Assembly (NCBI GenBank): GCA_965659495.1
Contig: CBFHVR010000016.1
Location: forward strand, 12,387 to 76,386
Length of the DNA stretch: 64,000 bases
DNA from: an uncultured bacterium
Lineage (GTDB): Bacteria > Fidelibacterota > Marinisomatia > SCGC-AAA003-L08 > D37C17
Direction: 5' to 3'
The notes beneath the pieces were generated by a model. It was not told the origin of the DNA, did not search any database, and saw only the letters and a program-made list of their open reading frames with translations. Numbering within the stretch: the stretch's first letter is position 1; the number at the start of each line of letters is the position of its first letter. Shown one piece after another: positions 26,231 through 35,100 of the stretch. Both the position numbers and the translations under genes were made by a program.

Positions 26231-29200
26231 ATGAATTATAAATATATATATATAACACTGATTATCTACTCATTTGTTTTTACTTCTGATGCTACAGAAA
26301 AAAAACAAAATTCTAGTTTTTACAATAAAGATGGTAGTTCTAAAATTAATTTAATCAGTTCTAATATAAGTAAGACAATCTTAGAAATAACAGTTGATGG
26401 CTATACTATTAATGAAGTTTTAGAAGATCAGTATAATATTAAAATTGATAAAGGTTCACCAATCCTATTGGAAGGTGCGCCTGATTTACCTAGGTTGAAT
26501 ACATCTATAATTATACCTGATCAAGAAAATATGAGCATTAAAGTTATAGATAGTGATTATATTGAATTGGAAGATATAAATATAATTCCTTCAAAAGGAA
26601 ATTTAACCCGAGATATAAATCCTAGTTCAGTGCCTTATACATATAGTAAGCATTATCAAAAAGATACATTTTATCCTAATAATTTAGCTTCTCTTGGAAA
26701 TCCTTATATTATTAGAGATATTAGAGGTCAATCAGTAATTATTAATCCTATTCAATATAATCCAATTACTAAGGTTTTAAGAATTTATAATAGGATTGTA
26801 GTTGATGTTTATGAAAATAAAAATATTTTTAATAAAGAAGCGAAGAATTCAATTCGAAGATATAATAGTGAAGTTAAATCTTCAAAAGAGTTTAATAATA
26901 TTTATAATAATTTATTTATAAACTTTCCTCAAGATCTAAGATTTGAATATATATCTGATCAAGGTAATATGTTAATAATTTGTTATGATGATTTTCTTGA
27001 ACCAATGAATCCATTTGTAGAATGGAAAAATAAAAAAGGAATACCTACAGAAATTGTAGCATTAAGCTCAATAGGAAATACTGTTGATGTAATTCAAGAT
27101 TTTATTAATAATTATTACAATAATAATGGATTGAGTTATTTGCTGTTAGTCGGAGATGCAGCACAATTACCAACTCATATTATTAACGGCTCAGCTTCGG
27201 ACCCAACTTATGGCTTTATTCAAGGAGATGATGCTTACTCTGAGATTATTGTAGGAAGATTCTCAGGAAATAATTTATCTCATATAGAAACTCAGGTTCA
27301 AAGAACTATAGAATATGAAAAATTTGAAAATTTCGATTCAAGCCATCTAAGCAAAGCGCTTGGAATAGCATCAACTCAAGGTCCTGGGTATGGGGGGTTA
27401 TCCGATAATGAATTTAACGATTTATTAGCAAATGATTTTTTATTAGAATATACTTATGACAATTATCAAGGTTTATATGATTCAAATGCAAATGTTTCAG
27501 ATGGTATTGATGCGATCAACGAAGGTGTTGGATTAATAAATTATACTGGACACGCAGGACCAACAGGATGGGGTAATGGTGCACCATTAAATGGAAGCGA
27601 TGTAAATAACTTAATAAATACTAATAAGTTACCTTTTATTTTTACCGTTGGATGTAATCCAGGTCAATTTAATGACTATACAGAGTGTTTTTGTGAATCT
27701 TGGATGTGGTCTACTGATAATAATGGTAATCCAACCGGAGCAGTTGGTCATTTGGGTTCAACAATAAGTCAGTCTTGGGAACCTCCTATGCATGGTCAAT
27801 GGGCAATGAATGCTATATTAACAGAGTCATATGATGAACATTTAACTCGTTCTTTTGGTGGAATTATTGTTAATGGATGCATGCACATGAATGAAGCACA
27901 GGGTTCTTCTGGAATTAATGAAACAAAATACTGGACTTTATTTGGTGATCCATCTCTATCAATAAGAACTGATGAACCTGATTATTTAGAACCAATCTAT
28001 GATCAGAATATATTGCTAGGTCAAACTGAATTTGTTGTTGATGTTGGTATTGAAGGTGCTTTAGTCGCATTGTCTAGCAATGGAATTTTACAAAGTTCTG
28101 CATATTCCATTGGTGGTGTTGCAGTTTTAGATGTTTCTAATATTACCACTTCTCCTGCTTCATTGGATATGATTATATCTGGATTTAATAATTTTCCTTA
28201 TGAATCTTCACTAGAAGTTATCTCAGCAAATGGGCCTTTTTTAGTGTATAATAATTTTGAAATTATAAATGATTCAAATTTTAATAATCTCATTGAATAT
28301 GGTGATGAAATAAGTTTGAATTTACTTGTAGATAATGTAGGTAACATTAATGCTAATAATATTTCTGTTACTTTAAACACCGATGATGAATTTATATCTA
28401 TAGCAAATTCAACTTCTATAATTGAATATGCTTACATTGGTCAATCTTCATCAACAGATGAACCTTTAGTTTTTTCTGTTCTAAATAACGTTCCTGATGG
28501 ACATAGTGTAAATTTTACTGCGAATCTTGATGATGGTGAAACAGAATGGAATATTAGTTTTAATACGCATATTAGTGCTCCTAAATTTGAAATAGAAAAC
28601 CCAGTGATTATTGATGAAAATCAAGATGGAGTTTGGAATATAGGTGAGAGCGCTACAGTCCAGGTTGATTTAATTAATTCTGGTTCATCTAGTTTTCCCT
28701 ATTACCCTGGAGCAACAATAACCTCAGATAATCCTTATGTTACTATTTTATCAAATGATAATGATAATACTTTTATAGAAATTGGACCAAATTCAACGTA
28801 TCAAGGTTCATTTTCTGTAATTTCAAGTATTGATACACCAATAAGTACTGAGGTAACATTTAATATTAGTTGGGGGTATAGCTTAACAAACCCATGTCAA
28901 GATGTTTGTGTAGAGCAAGCTGATTTAAATTATACAACGACTATAGGTCATCCATCAATTTTAATTTGGGATCCAACAAATGAACATCAATCTGGAGAAA
29001 AATTAGTTGATTTCTTTAATCAAAATAATATTCAAGGTTTTGATTATATAAATTCATCAGAAATCCAGTCTGTTGAAAACTATAGTACTGCATTTATACT
29101 CCTTGGTGTCTATCCTAATAATTATGTTATTCAAGATAGCCAATCTGATTCTTTTTTAAATTTATTGAATAATGGTGGAAATATCTATATGGAAGGTGCA

Positions 29201-30373
29201 GATACATGGTTTTTTGATTCTCAAACTGACTTACATAGTTATTTTGGTTTAGTAGGAGAAGCAGATGGTTCAGGAGATCTCTCAACAATCAATGGTATCG
29301 AAGGTACTTTTACTGAAGGTCTTTCATTTAACTATAATAGTGATAATTCATATATAGATCGAATTGTACCATCTGGTGGTTTTTCTATATTGCAAAATGA
29401 GAATCCTGAATATACTACTGCAGTTGCTTATCAAAATGATGAATTAGATTATAGAACTGTAGGCTCTAGCCATAATTTAGCAGGCTTGGAAGGTAATTAT
29501 TTTTCTGAATATATATATTCAATTATTAATTTTTTCGATAGTGGTTCTAATATTAATCCTGAATGTTTGGCAGGAGATGTTAATAATGATGGTTCAATAG
29601 ATGTAGTTGATATTGTAAGACTTGTAAATATAATTATTAATTCTGGTAATCCTACTGAACAGGATGAATTATGTGCGTCAGATATAAATGAGGATGGTAT
29701 GATAAATGTACAAGATATAGTTATTATCACTGGTATAATTTTATCAAATGATAGGTTAGGAATTAATACTAGATCTCGAATTGTAAATGAAGTAGATGTT
29801 GAAATTGAAAATAATTCCTTTAATTTTAAAACAGAAGGTTCAATTAGAGGATTAGAGATGATTATTAATTCTGAAGATGCAATATTCATTAATAATGATA
29901 TTGATATGGATATTGCATATAATATTAATGAAGATAAGCATCATATCGTAATTTATAGCATTGAAGGAAAATCCTTAAGACATGGTAATCATAAACTATT
30001 TGAATCAACTGGTTTTTTTGAAGTTGAACATATATTAGCTGTTAACAGCAATAACGAACCTGTTAATATTTTAATTAACGAAAATATGTACCCTGAAGAA
30101 TTTTTATTAAAACAAAATTTTCCAAATCCATTTAATCCAATTACAAATATTGAGATAAGCTTATCTTCCTCTGAAAATATCAAATTGATAATATTTGATA
30201 TAAATGGAAAAGAAATTAAAAAACTTGCAGATGGTTTTTATAGATCAGGAAGTTATAATTTTAGTTGGAACAGTCAAGATGCAAATGGCTTTTATGTATC
30301 GTCAGGAGTTTATATATATCAATTAATAACTGATAATAATGTATTCTCAAAAAAAATGTTATTACTTAAATAA
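26231..30373 (+). CDS. Secreted C25 (gingipain-like) cysteine peptidase with internal dockerin-like module and T9SS C-terminal sorting domain
   Basis: 1380 aa with a signal peptide. MLIICYDDFLEPMNPFVEWKNKKGIPTEIV and LLLVGDAAQLPTH are typical of C25. INYTGHAGPTGWG is the His context and FIFTVGCNPGQF the Cys context. Dockerin-like GDVNNDGSIDVVDIVRLVNIII / SDINEDGMINVQDIVIITGIIL (nt 29561-29752). C-terminal FPNPFNPITNIEISL...IFDINGKEIKKL...SSGVYIYQL...SKKMLLLK (nt 30095-30370) matches the Por/T9SS sorting-domain pattern. Confidence 0.85.
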   Translation: MNYKYIYITLIIYSFVFTSDATEKKQNSSFYNKDGSSKINLISSNISKTILEITVDGYTINEVLEDQYNIKIDKGSPILLEGAPDLPRLNTSIIIPDQENMSIKVIDSDYIELEDINIIPSKGNLTRDINPSSVPYTYSKHYQKDTFYPNNLASLGNPYIIRDIRGQSVIINPIQYNPITKVLRIYNRIVVDVYENKNIFNKEAKNSIRRYNSEVKSSKEFNNIYNNLFINFPQDLRFEYISDQGNMLIICYDDFLEPMNPFVEWKNKKGIPTEIVALSSIGNTVDVIQDFINNYYNNNGLSYLLLVGDAAQLPTHIINGSASDPTYGFIQGDDAYSEIIVGRFSGNNLSHIETQVQRTIEYEKFENFDSSHLSKALGIASTQGPGYGGLSDNEFNDLLANDFLLEYTYDNYQGLYDSNANVSDGIDAINEGVGLINYTGHAGPTGWGNGAPLNGSDVNNLINTNKLPFIFTVGCNPGQFNDYTECFCESWMWSTDNNGNPTGAVGHLGSTISQSWEPPMHGQWAMNAILTESYDEHLTRSFGGIIVNGCMHMNEAQGSSGINETKYWTLFGDPSLSIRTDEPDYLEPIYDQNILLGQTEFVVDVGIEGALVALSSNGILQSSAYSIGGVAVLDVSNITTSPASLDMIISGFNNFPYESSLEVISANGPFLVYNNFEIINDSNFNNLIEYGDEISLNLLVDNVGNINANNISVTLNTDDEFISIANSTSIIEYAYIGQSSSTDEPLVFSVLNNVPDGHSVNFTANLDDGETEWNISFNTHISAPKFEIENPVIIDENQDGVWNIGESATVQVDLINSGSSSFPYYPGATITSDNPYVTILSNDNDNTFIEIGPNSTYQGSFSVISSIDTPISTEVTFNISWGYSLTNPCQDVCVEQADLNYTTTIGHPSILIWDPTNEHQSGEKLVDFFNQNNIQGFDYINSSEIQSVENYSTAFILLGVYPNNYVIQDSQSDSFLNLLNNGGNIYMEGADTWFFDSQTDLHSYFGLVGEADGSGDLSTINGIEGTFTEGLSFNYNSDNSYIDRIVPSGGFSILQNENPEYTTAVAYQNDELDYRTVGSSHNLAGLEGNYFSEYIYSIINFFDSGSNINPECLAGDVNNDGSIDVVDIVRLVNIIINSGNPTEQDELCASDINEDGMINVQDIVIITGIILSNDRLGINTRSRIVNEVDVEIENNSFNFKTEGSIRGLEMIINSEDAIFINNDIDMDIAYNINEDKHHIVIYSIEGKSLRHGNHKLFESTGFFEVEHILAVNSNNEPVNILINENMYPEEFLLKQNFPNPFNPITNIEISLSSSENIKLIIFDINGKEIKKLADGFYRSGSYNFSWNSQDANGFYVSSGVYIYQLITDNNVFSKKMLLLK

Positions 30374-31496
30374 ACATATCTGAAGATATATCATCTACAA
30401 ATAACATACCATTTTTTTTTAATTTAATATGTTCTTGAGTCACATCAAGGCAGTCCCATTTTGATGTTATTGAACTAATATAGTTATTATAATTTTCACC
30501 ATGAAATTTTTTTAATTTTGATATTTTAATTCCTTCATTAAGTCTTAATCCATTTAATATAGTTTCATTGTAGTTATCTTTATCATCTAGTTTTTCATAA
30601 CCTCCAACCGGTAATGAGCAACTATCTAATAAAGATAAGTATTTCTCTAGTGATTTAACATTCCACCATCTTTTTTTAGTATCATATGAATGTGCAGAGG
30701 GTCCAAATGAAAGATAAGGATTTAATTTCCAATAATTAATATTATGATTACATTCTTTGTTTTTCTTTGAATAATTTGAAATTTCATATTGAAAATAATT
30801 GTTGTCAAATAAAACTTGTTTTGTTATTAAAAACTGTTCAATATCTATCTCTTCTTTAGGCATAAGAATTTTTTTATTTTTAACAAGATTGAAAAGTTGT
30901 GTTGATGGTTCAACAGTTAAAGAATATGCTGATATATGCTCTGGCTCTAAAGATATTAATTTATTTAAATCTTCTATCCATTTCTTTGTTGATAATTTCG
31001 GAATATTGAAAATCATATCAGTATTTATGTTATCAAAACCTGCCTTTCTAGCATTATCAAAAGTGTTGAAACAATCTTTAGATTTATGAATTCTACCAAG
31101 CTTTTTTAATAATGAATTATCAAAACTTTGAAATCCCATGGATAATCTATTAACTCCAATATTTTTAATATCTTTTAAAAATTCAAACGAAGCTTCTCCT
31201 GGATTTGCCTCTAGTGTTATTTCTCTAACATTCGAAATATCAAATGTATTATCTAATTCTTTGAGTATCTTTTCTATATCTTTAGCAGGTAAAATAGATG
31301 GTGTGCCTCCTCCAAAAAATATAGTATTAAAATTCCAATTATTTTTTTTATAATCTCTATAATATCTTATTTCTTTTAAAAGGAGTTTTGTAAATAACGG
31401 AATTTGATTTTCACGATTAGTAATTGAATAGAAATCACAGTAAATACACTTTACTTTGCAAAAAGGGACATGAATATATATAGCACTATTTTTCAT
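30366..31496 (-). CDS. hemW: Radical SAM HemN-like protein (heme chaperone HemW / coproporphyrinogen III oxidase-like)
   Basis: YIHVPFCKVKCIYCDF (CxxxCxxC), GGGTPS, and an HemN C-terminal-like region. 376 aa. Confidence 0.85.
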   Translation of the reverse strand: MKNSAIYIHVPFCKVKCIYCDFYSITNRENQIPLFTKLLLKEIRYYRDYKKNNWNFNTIFFGGGTPSILPAKDIEKILKELDNTFDISNVREITLEANPGEASFEFLKDIKNIGVNRLSMGFQSFDNSLLKKLGRIHKSKDCFNTFDNARKAGFDNINTDMIFNIPKLSTKKWIEDLNKLISLEPEHISAYSLTVEPSTQLFNLVKNKKILMPKEEIDIEQFLITKQVLFDNNYFQYEISNYSKKNKECNHNINYWKLNPYLSFGPSAHSYDTKKRWWNVKSLEKYLSLLDSCSLPVGGYEKLDDKDNYNETILNGLRLNEGIKISKLKKFHGENYNNYISSITSKWDCLDVTQEHIKLKKNGMLFVDDISSDMFI

Positions 31497-31597
31497 AATA
31501 ATTGTAAAAAAAACAACTTATGTAATTTAAAGCATTGAAATAAAGAATTTACTTAATAAATTCACTTGTTAATATCCCCTTAAAATTTGGTATACAT

Positions 31598-33586
31598 ATG
31601 TCGTTTGAAAAAAAAGATATAGATCAAGTTTCTATTAATTATGCAAAATCTTTAATAATGGACACTGTCCGAAATGCAAATTCTGGACATACGGGCGGCC
31701 CACTTTCTTCGTTAGATTTTACCTATATTTTGTTTAAAGAATTTTTAAAATTTGATCCTGAAAATCCAGATTGGAAAAATAGAGATCGATTTGTAATGTC
31801 TGTTGGCCACGAATCAGCATTGATTTATGTTATGTTATACTATATTGGTTGGTTAGAATTAGAAGATTTAAAAAAATTCAGGCAGATTGGTTCAAAAACA
31901 CCTGGTCATCCAGAAAGAGGACTAACTCCAGGAATAGAGGCTACAACAGGACCTCTAGGGCAAGGTGTTGGAAATGCTGTAGGTATGGCAGTGGCTGAAA
32001 AAATATTATCTGAAAAATTTGGATCTGATGTTGTGAATCATTTTACTTATGTTTTGCATGGCGATGGTGATATACAAGAACCTGTTGCTCAAGGTTCAAT
32101 AGCATGTGCTGGACATTGGAAATTAGAAAAATTAATTGCATTCTATGATTCAAATGATGCACAAATTTCAGGAAAAGTATCTAGATCTGATTCAACTGAT
32201 TATAAAAAAATGTATCAATCTCATGGATGGCATGTTCAGGTAATTGATGGTCACAATCATGATGAAATTAGATCAGCTATTAGAATTGCTCAAATGGAGG
32301 TTGATAGACCATCTGTAATCATAGGTGAAACAATCATGGCTTATGGAACAGCTAATGTTGAAGGAGATCACAATACTCATGGTGCTCCGCTTTCTCACGA
32401 AGAAATTAAATTAACAAAGAATAAATTAGGATTAGATCCAAATAAATTATTTCAAATATCTGATGATGTTTTAAAAGACTTTAGATCTGGTTACAAGTAT
32501 GCTAAGCAAGAAGTTGATACTTGGAATAAAATTTTAAATAAAAAATATAGTGATAAAATCTTTAAAGAAGCATGGGAAAATTCAAATAATTTATTGGTTC
32601 CAAAATCTGTAAAGTGGCCTATCTATAATTTTGGAGATAATATAGCAACTAGAAAAGTTTGGGGAGCTGTTATTGAAGAGTTAGCCAACAATAATATGTT
32701 TCTTGTTGGTGGATCTGCAGATTTAGAACCTTCTAATGTTACTGGTGGGTTTGCCTCAATAGTAGAAGATTTTAATTCAAATAATCCATCAGGAATGAAT
32801 TTAGCTTATGGCGTTAGAGAATTTCCTATGGGTGTGATTAATAATGGAATTGCTCAGCATGGAGGATTGTTTCCTTTTGGAGCAACTTTTTTTGTATTTG
32901 CAGATTATGAAAGACCAGCTATAAGATTAAGAGCTCTTCAAGGTTTACCTTGTATATCAGAATTTACTCATGATTCAATTTATGTTGGTGAAGATGGCCC
33001 TACGCATCAACCCATTGAGCATTTAATGTCTTATAGAAATATTCCTAACCTATTAGTACTTCGTCCTGCTGATGCAAATGAGGCAGTGATTGCATCTAAA
33101 ATTGCATTTGAACAAAAAAATAGACCTTCTTTAGTGCTTTTAACTAGACAGTCTATTCCAGTACTAGATAGAAACAGATATGCTCATTTTTCTAATGTTG
33201 AAAAAGGAGGTTATATAATAAGTGATTCTGATAATCCAGATGTTCTTATATTTGCTTCAGGTTCTGAGGTTTGGGTAGCATTAGAAGTGAAAGAGATGCT
33301 ATCGAAAAGTCATAAAGTAAAAGTTGTTAACCTTTGTTGTTGGGAATTATTTGAGGAACAAGAAGAAATGTATAAAAAATCTGTTCTCGATTGTCATAGC
33401 AATACACTCCTAGTTTCTATTGAAGCAGGGACAACTGATGGGTGGCAAAAGTTTACAGGAAGATTTGGGCTAAATATTGGAATTAATTCTTTTGGTGAAT
33501 CAGGTCCTGGAGCTGAAGTTGCTGAATACTTTGGAATAACGCCAAAAAATATTTTTGATAAAATAATTAAAAAGCTAGGTTCTTAA
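31598..33586 (+). CDS. tkt: Transketolase
   Basis: NSGHTGGPLS, GDGDIQEP, TGPLGQG, FTHDSIYVGEDGPTHQPIEH. Confidence 0.96.
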   Translation: MSFEKKDIDQVSINYAKSLIMDTVRNANSGHTGGPLSSLDFTYILFKEFLKFDPENPDWKNRDRFVMSVGHESALIYVMLYYIGWLELEDLKKFRQIGSKTPGHPERGLTPGIEATTGPLGQGVGNAVGMAVAEKILSEKFGSDVVNHFTYVLHGDGDIQEPVAQGSIACAGHWKLEKLIAFYDSNDAQISGKVSRSDSTDYKKMYQSHGWHVQVIDGHNHDEIRSAIRIAQMEVDRPSVIIGETIMAYGTANVEGDHNTHGAPLSHEEIKLTKNKLGLDPNKLFQISDDVLKDFRSGYKYAKQEVDTWNKILNKKYSDKIFKEAWENSNNLLVPKSVKWPIYNFGDNIATRKVWGAVIEELANNNMFLVGGSADLEPSNVTGGFASIVEDFNSNNPSGMNLAYGVREFPMGVINNGIAQHGGLFPFGATFFVFADYERPAIRLRALQGLPCISEFTHDSIYVGEDGPTHQPIEHLMSYRNIPNLLVLRPADANEAVIASKIAFEQKNRPSLVLLTRQSIPVLDRNRYAHFSNVEKGGYIISDSDNPDVLIFASGSEVWVALEVKEMLSKSHKVKVVNLCCWELFEEQEEMYKKSVLDCHSNTLLVSIEAGTTDGWQKFTGRFGLNIGINSFGESGPGAEVAEYFGITPKNIFDKIIKKLGS

Positions 33587-33591
33587 AAATC

Positions 33592-35100
33592 ATGAAAAAT
33601 AAAATATGTTTAATTCTTTTGATTGTTGGTTATATATATACGCAAGATATAGATCCTGTATATACTGGATCATTTGGTTCTGTTACTATTAATAACCAGG
33701 TATATAATCAATTTTCATTAAGACCTGAGTTAATTTTTGGTAAAATAGGTTTAGGCTTAGACCTTTATTTTTATTTTGATCAAGATGGTAATTTATACGA
33801 TGAAAATTGGAATTTTTCGTCCTCAAAAGATGTTTATAAAACTCTAGTAGATAAAATTTATTATTTACGGTACGGAGTCCCAAGTGATGATTTGTATTTT
33901 AGGATTGGTGCATTACCATCAATAACCTTGGGTCATGGTTCTCTTGTTAATGGTTATTCAAATGTTATGGATTATCCTAGAGTAAGGAGAACAGGTGTTA
34001 ATTTTAAATATAATTTTCCTAATTTTAAATTTCATATTGTTCATAGTGATCTTAAAGAAGCAAAAGAACCAGGATTGTTTGCCATTGGAGGTAGCTTTGA
34101 ATATGTAAAAAATGTTGATTTCTCATTTAATATTATTGTTGATCCAAATCAAAGAAAAGGATTATTGGATTCCGATAGAGATGGATACCCCGATTTTGTT
34201 GAGCCAAATTATGCAAACGATTCAAGTCAATGGCATCTAAATCAAGATATTATTTCTTGGATAAATGATAATTGTCCAGTTGATGATGATTGTTCAGATC
34301 AAATAGCATTAGCACAGGATGAAATGGATCAAGCAGCTTATTTATTAGATCTGAATGATAAAAATCAGGTAGCAGGTATTTCTCTGGGATTAACATATAA
34401 TCTAAATAATAGAATGAAATTATTTTCAGAGTTTTCACAACTATCTGGTGAAACATTAAACCCTTATGATATTCTAACGCAGCAGGATGATTATAATAGT
34501 TTTGATAACAGGTTAGGATTTGGCTATATACCTATTGGCTTTATAGCAGAGTGGGATAAAGTAACTCTAACACTTGATTTACGACAAAATTCAGAAAATT
34601 ATTTATTTAACTATTGGGATCAAAATTATGATCATACTCGTGCGATGGTTATCGAAGAAAATGATGCAAATGTTGTTAGAACAAAAGAAGATAAGCTCTA
34701 TTTATATGGAAAATCGAAAGGGGCAAGCTTAAATATAGTTAGTAATTTTCTTAAGATTTTTCAGTTAGAAATGATGTATCAATATTTAAATGGAGATAAG
34801 TGGGATGAAAGCATAAGTAATTATAAATCTAATCAAAATAGTACTTTTTATACGAAGCTTGATATTGATACTTCAATCATACAAAAAGTTCGAATTGCTG
34901 AAATTTTTTATCAACAGAGCTATTCTGATAAACCATTTAGTTTTAAACCTGATCAAAATACATTGTTTGGATATAATATTGGTGTAGAAATGGCAGATAA
35001 TATGATTTTAATACTTAAAGGAAGAAAATCATACGTTTTCGATAATGATGGTTTTAGGCCAGTTAAAACGACACAGATTGAAACTCAAGTTATCTTCTAA
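33592..35100 (+). CDS. Hypothetical outer-membrane beta-barrel protein
   Basis: 502 aa with a signal peptide and a C-terminal ...QIETQVIF (terminal Phe). Internal DSDRDGYPDF Ca-binding-like motif. Confidence 0.5.
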   Translation: MKNKICLILLIVGYIYTQDIDPVYTGSFGSVTINNQVYNQFSLRPELIFGKIGLGLDLYFYFDQDGNLYDENWNFSSSKDVYKTLVDKIYYLRYGVPSDDLYFRIGALPSITLGHGSLVNGYSNVMDYPRVRRTGVNFKYNFPNFKFHIVHSDLKEAKEPGLFAIGGSFEYVKNVDFSFNIIVDPNQRKGLLDSDRDGYPDFVEPNYANDSSQWHLNQDIISWINDNCPVDDDCSDQIALAQDEMDQAAYLLDLNDKNQVAGISLGLTYNLNNRMKLFSEFSQLSGETLNPYDILTQQDDYNSFDNRLGFGYIPIGFIAEWDKVTLTLDLRQNSENYLFNYWDQNYDHTRAMVIEENDANVVRTKEDKLYLYGKSKGASLNIVSNFLKIFQLEMMYQYLNGDKWDESISNYKSNQNSTFYTKLDIDTSIIQKVRIAEIFYQQSYSDKPFSFKPDQNTLFGYNIGVEMADNMILILKGRKSYVFDNDGFRPVKTTQIETQVIF

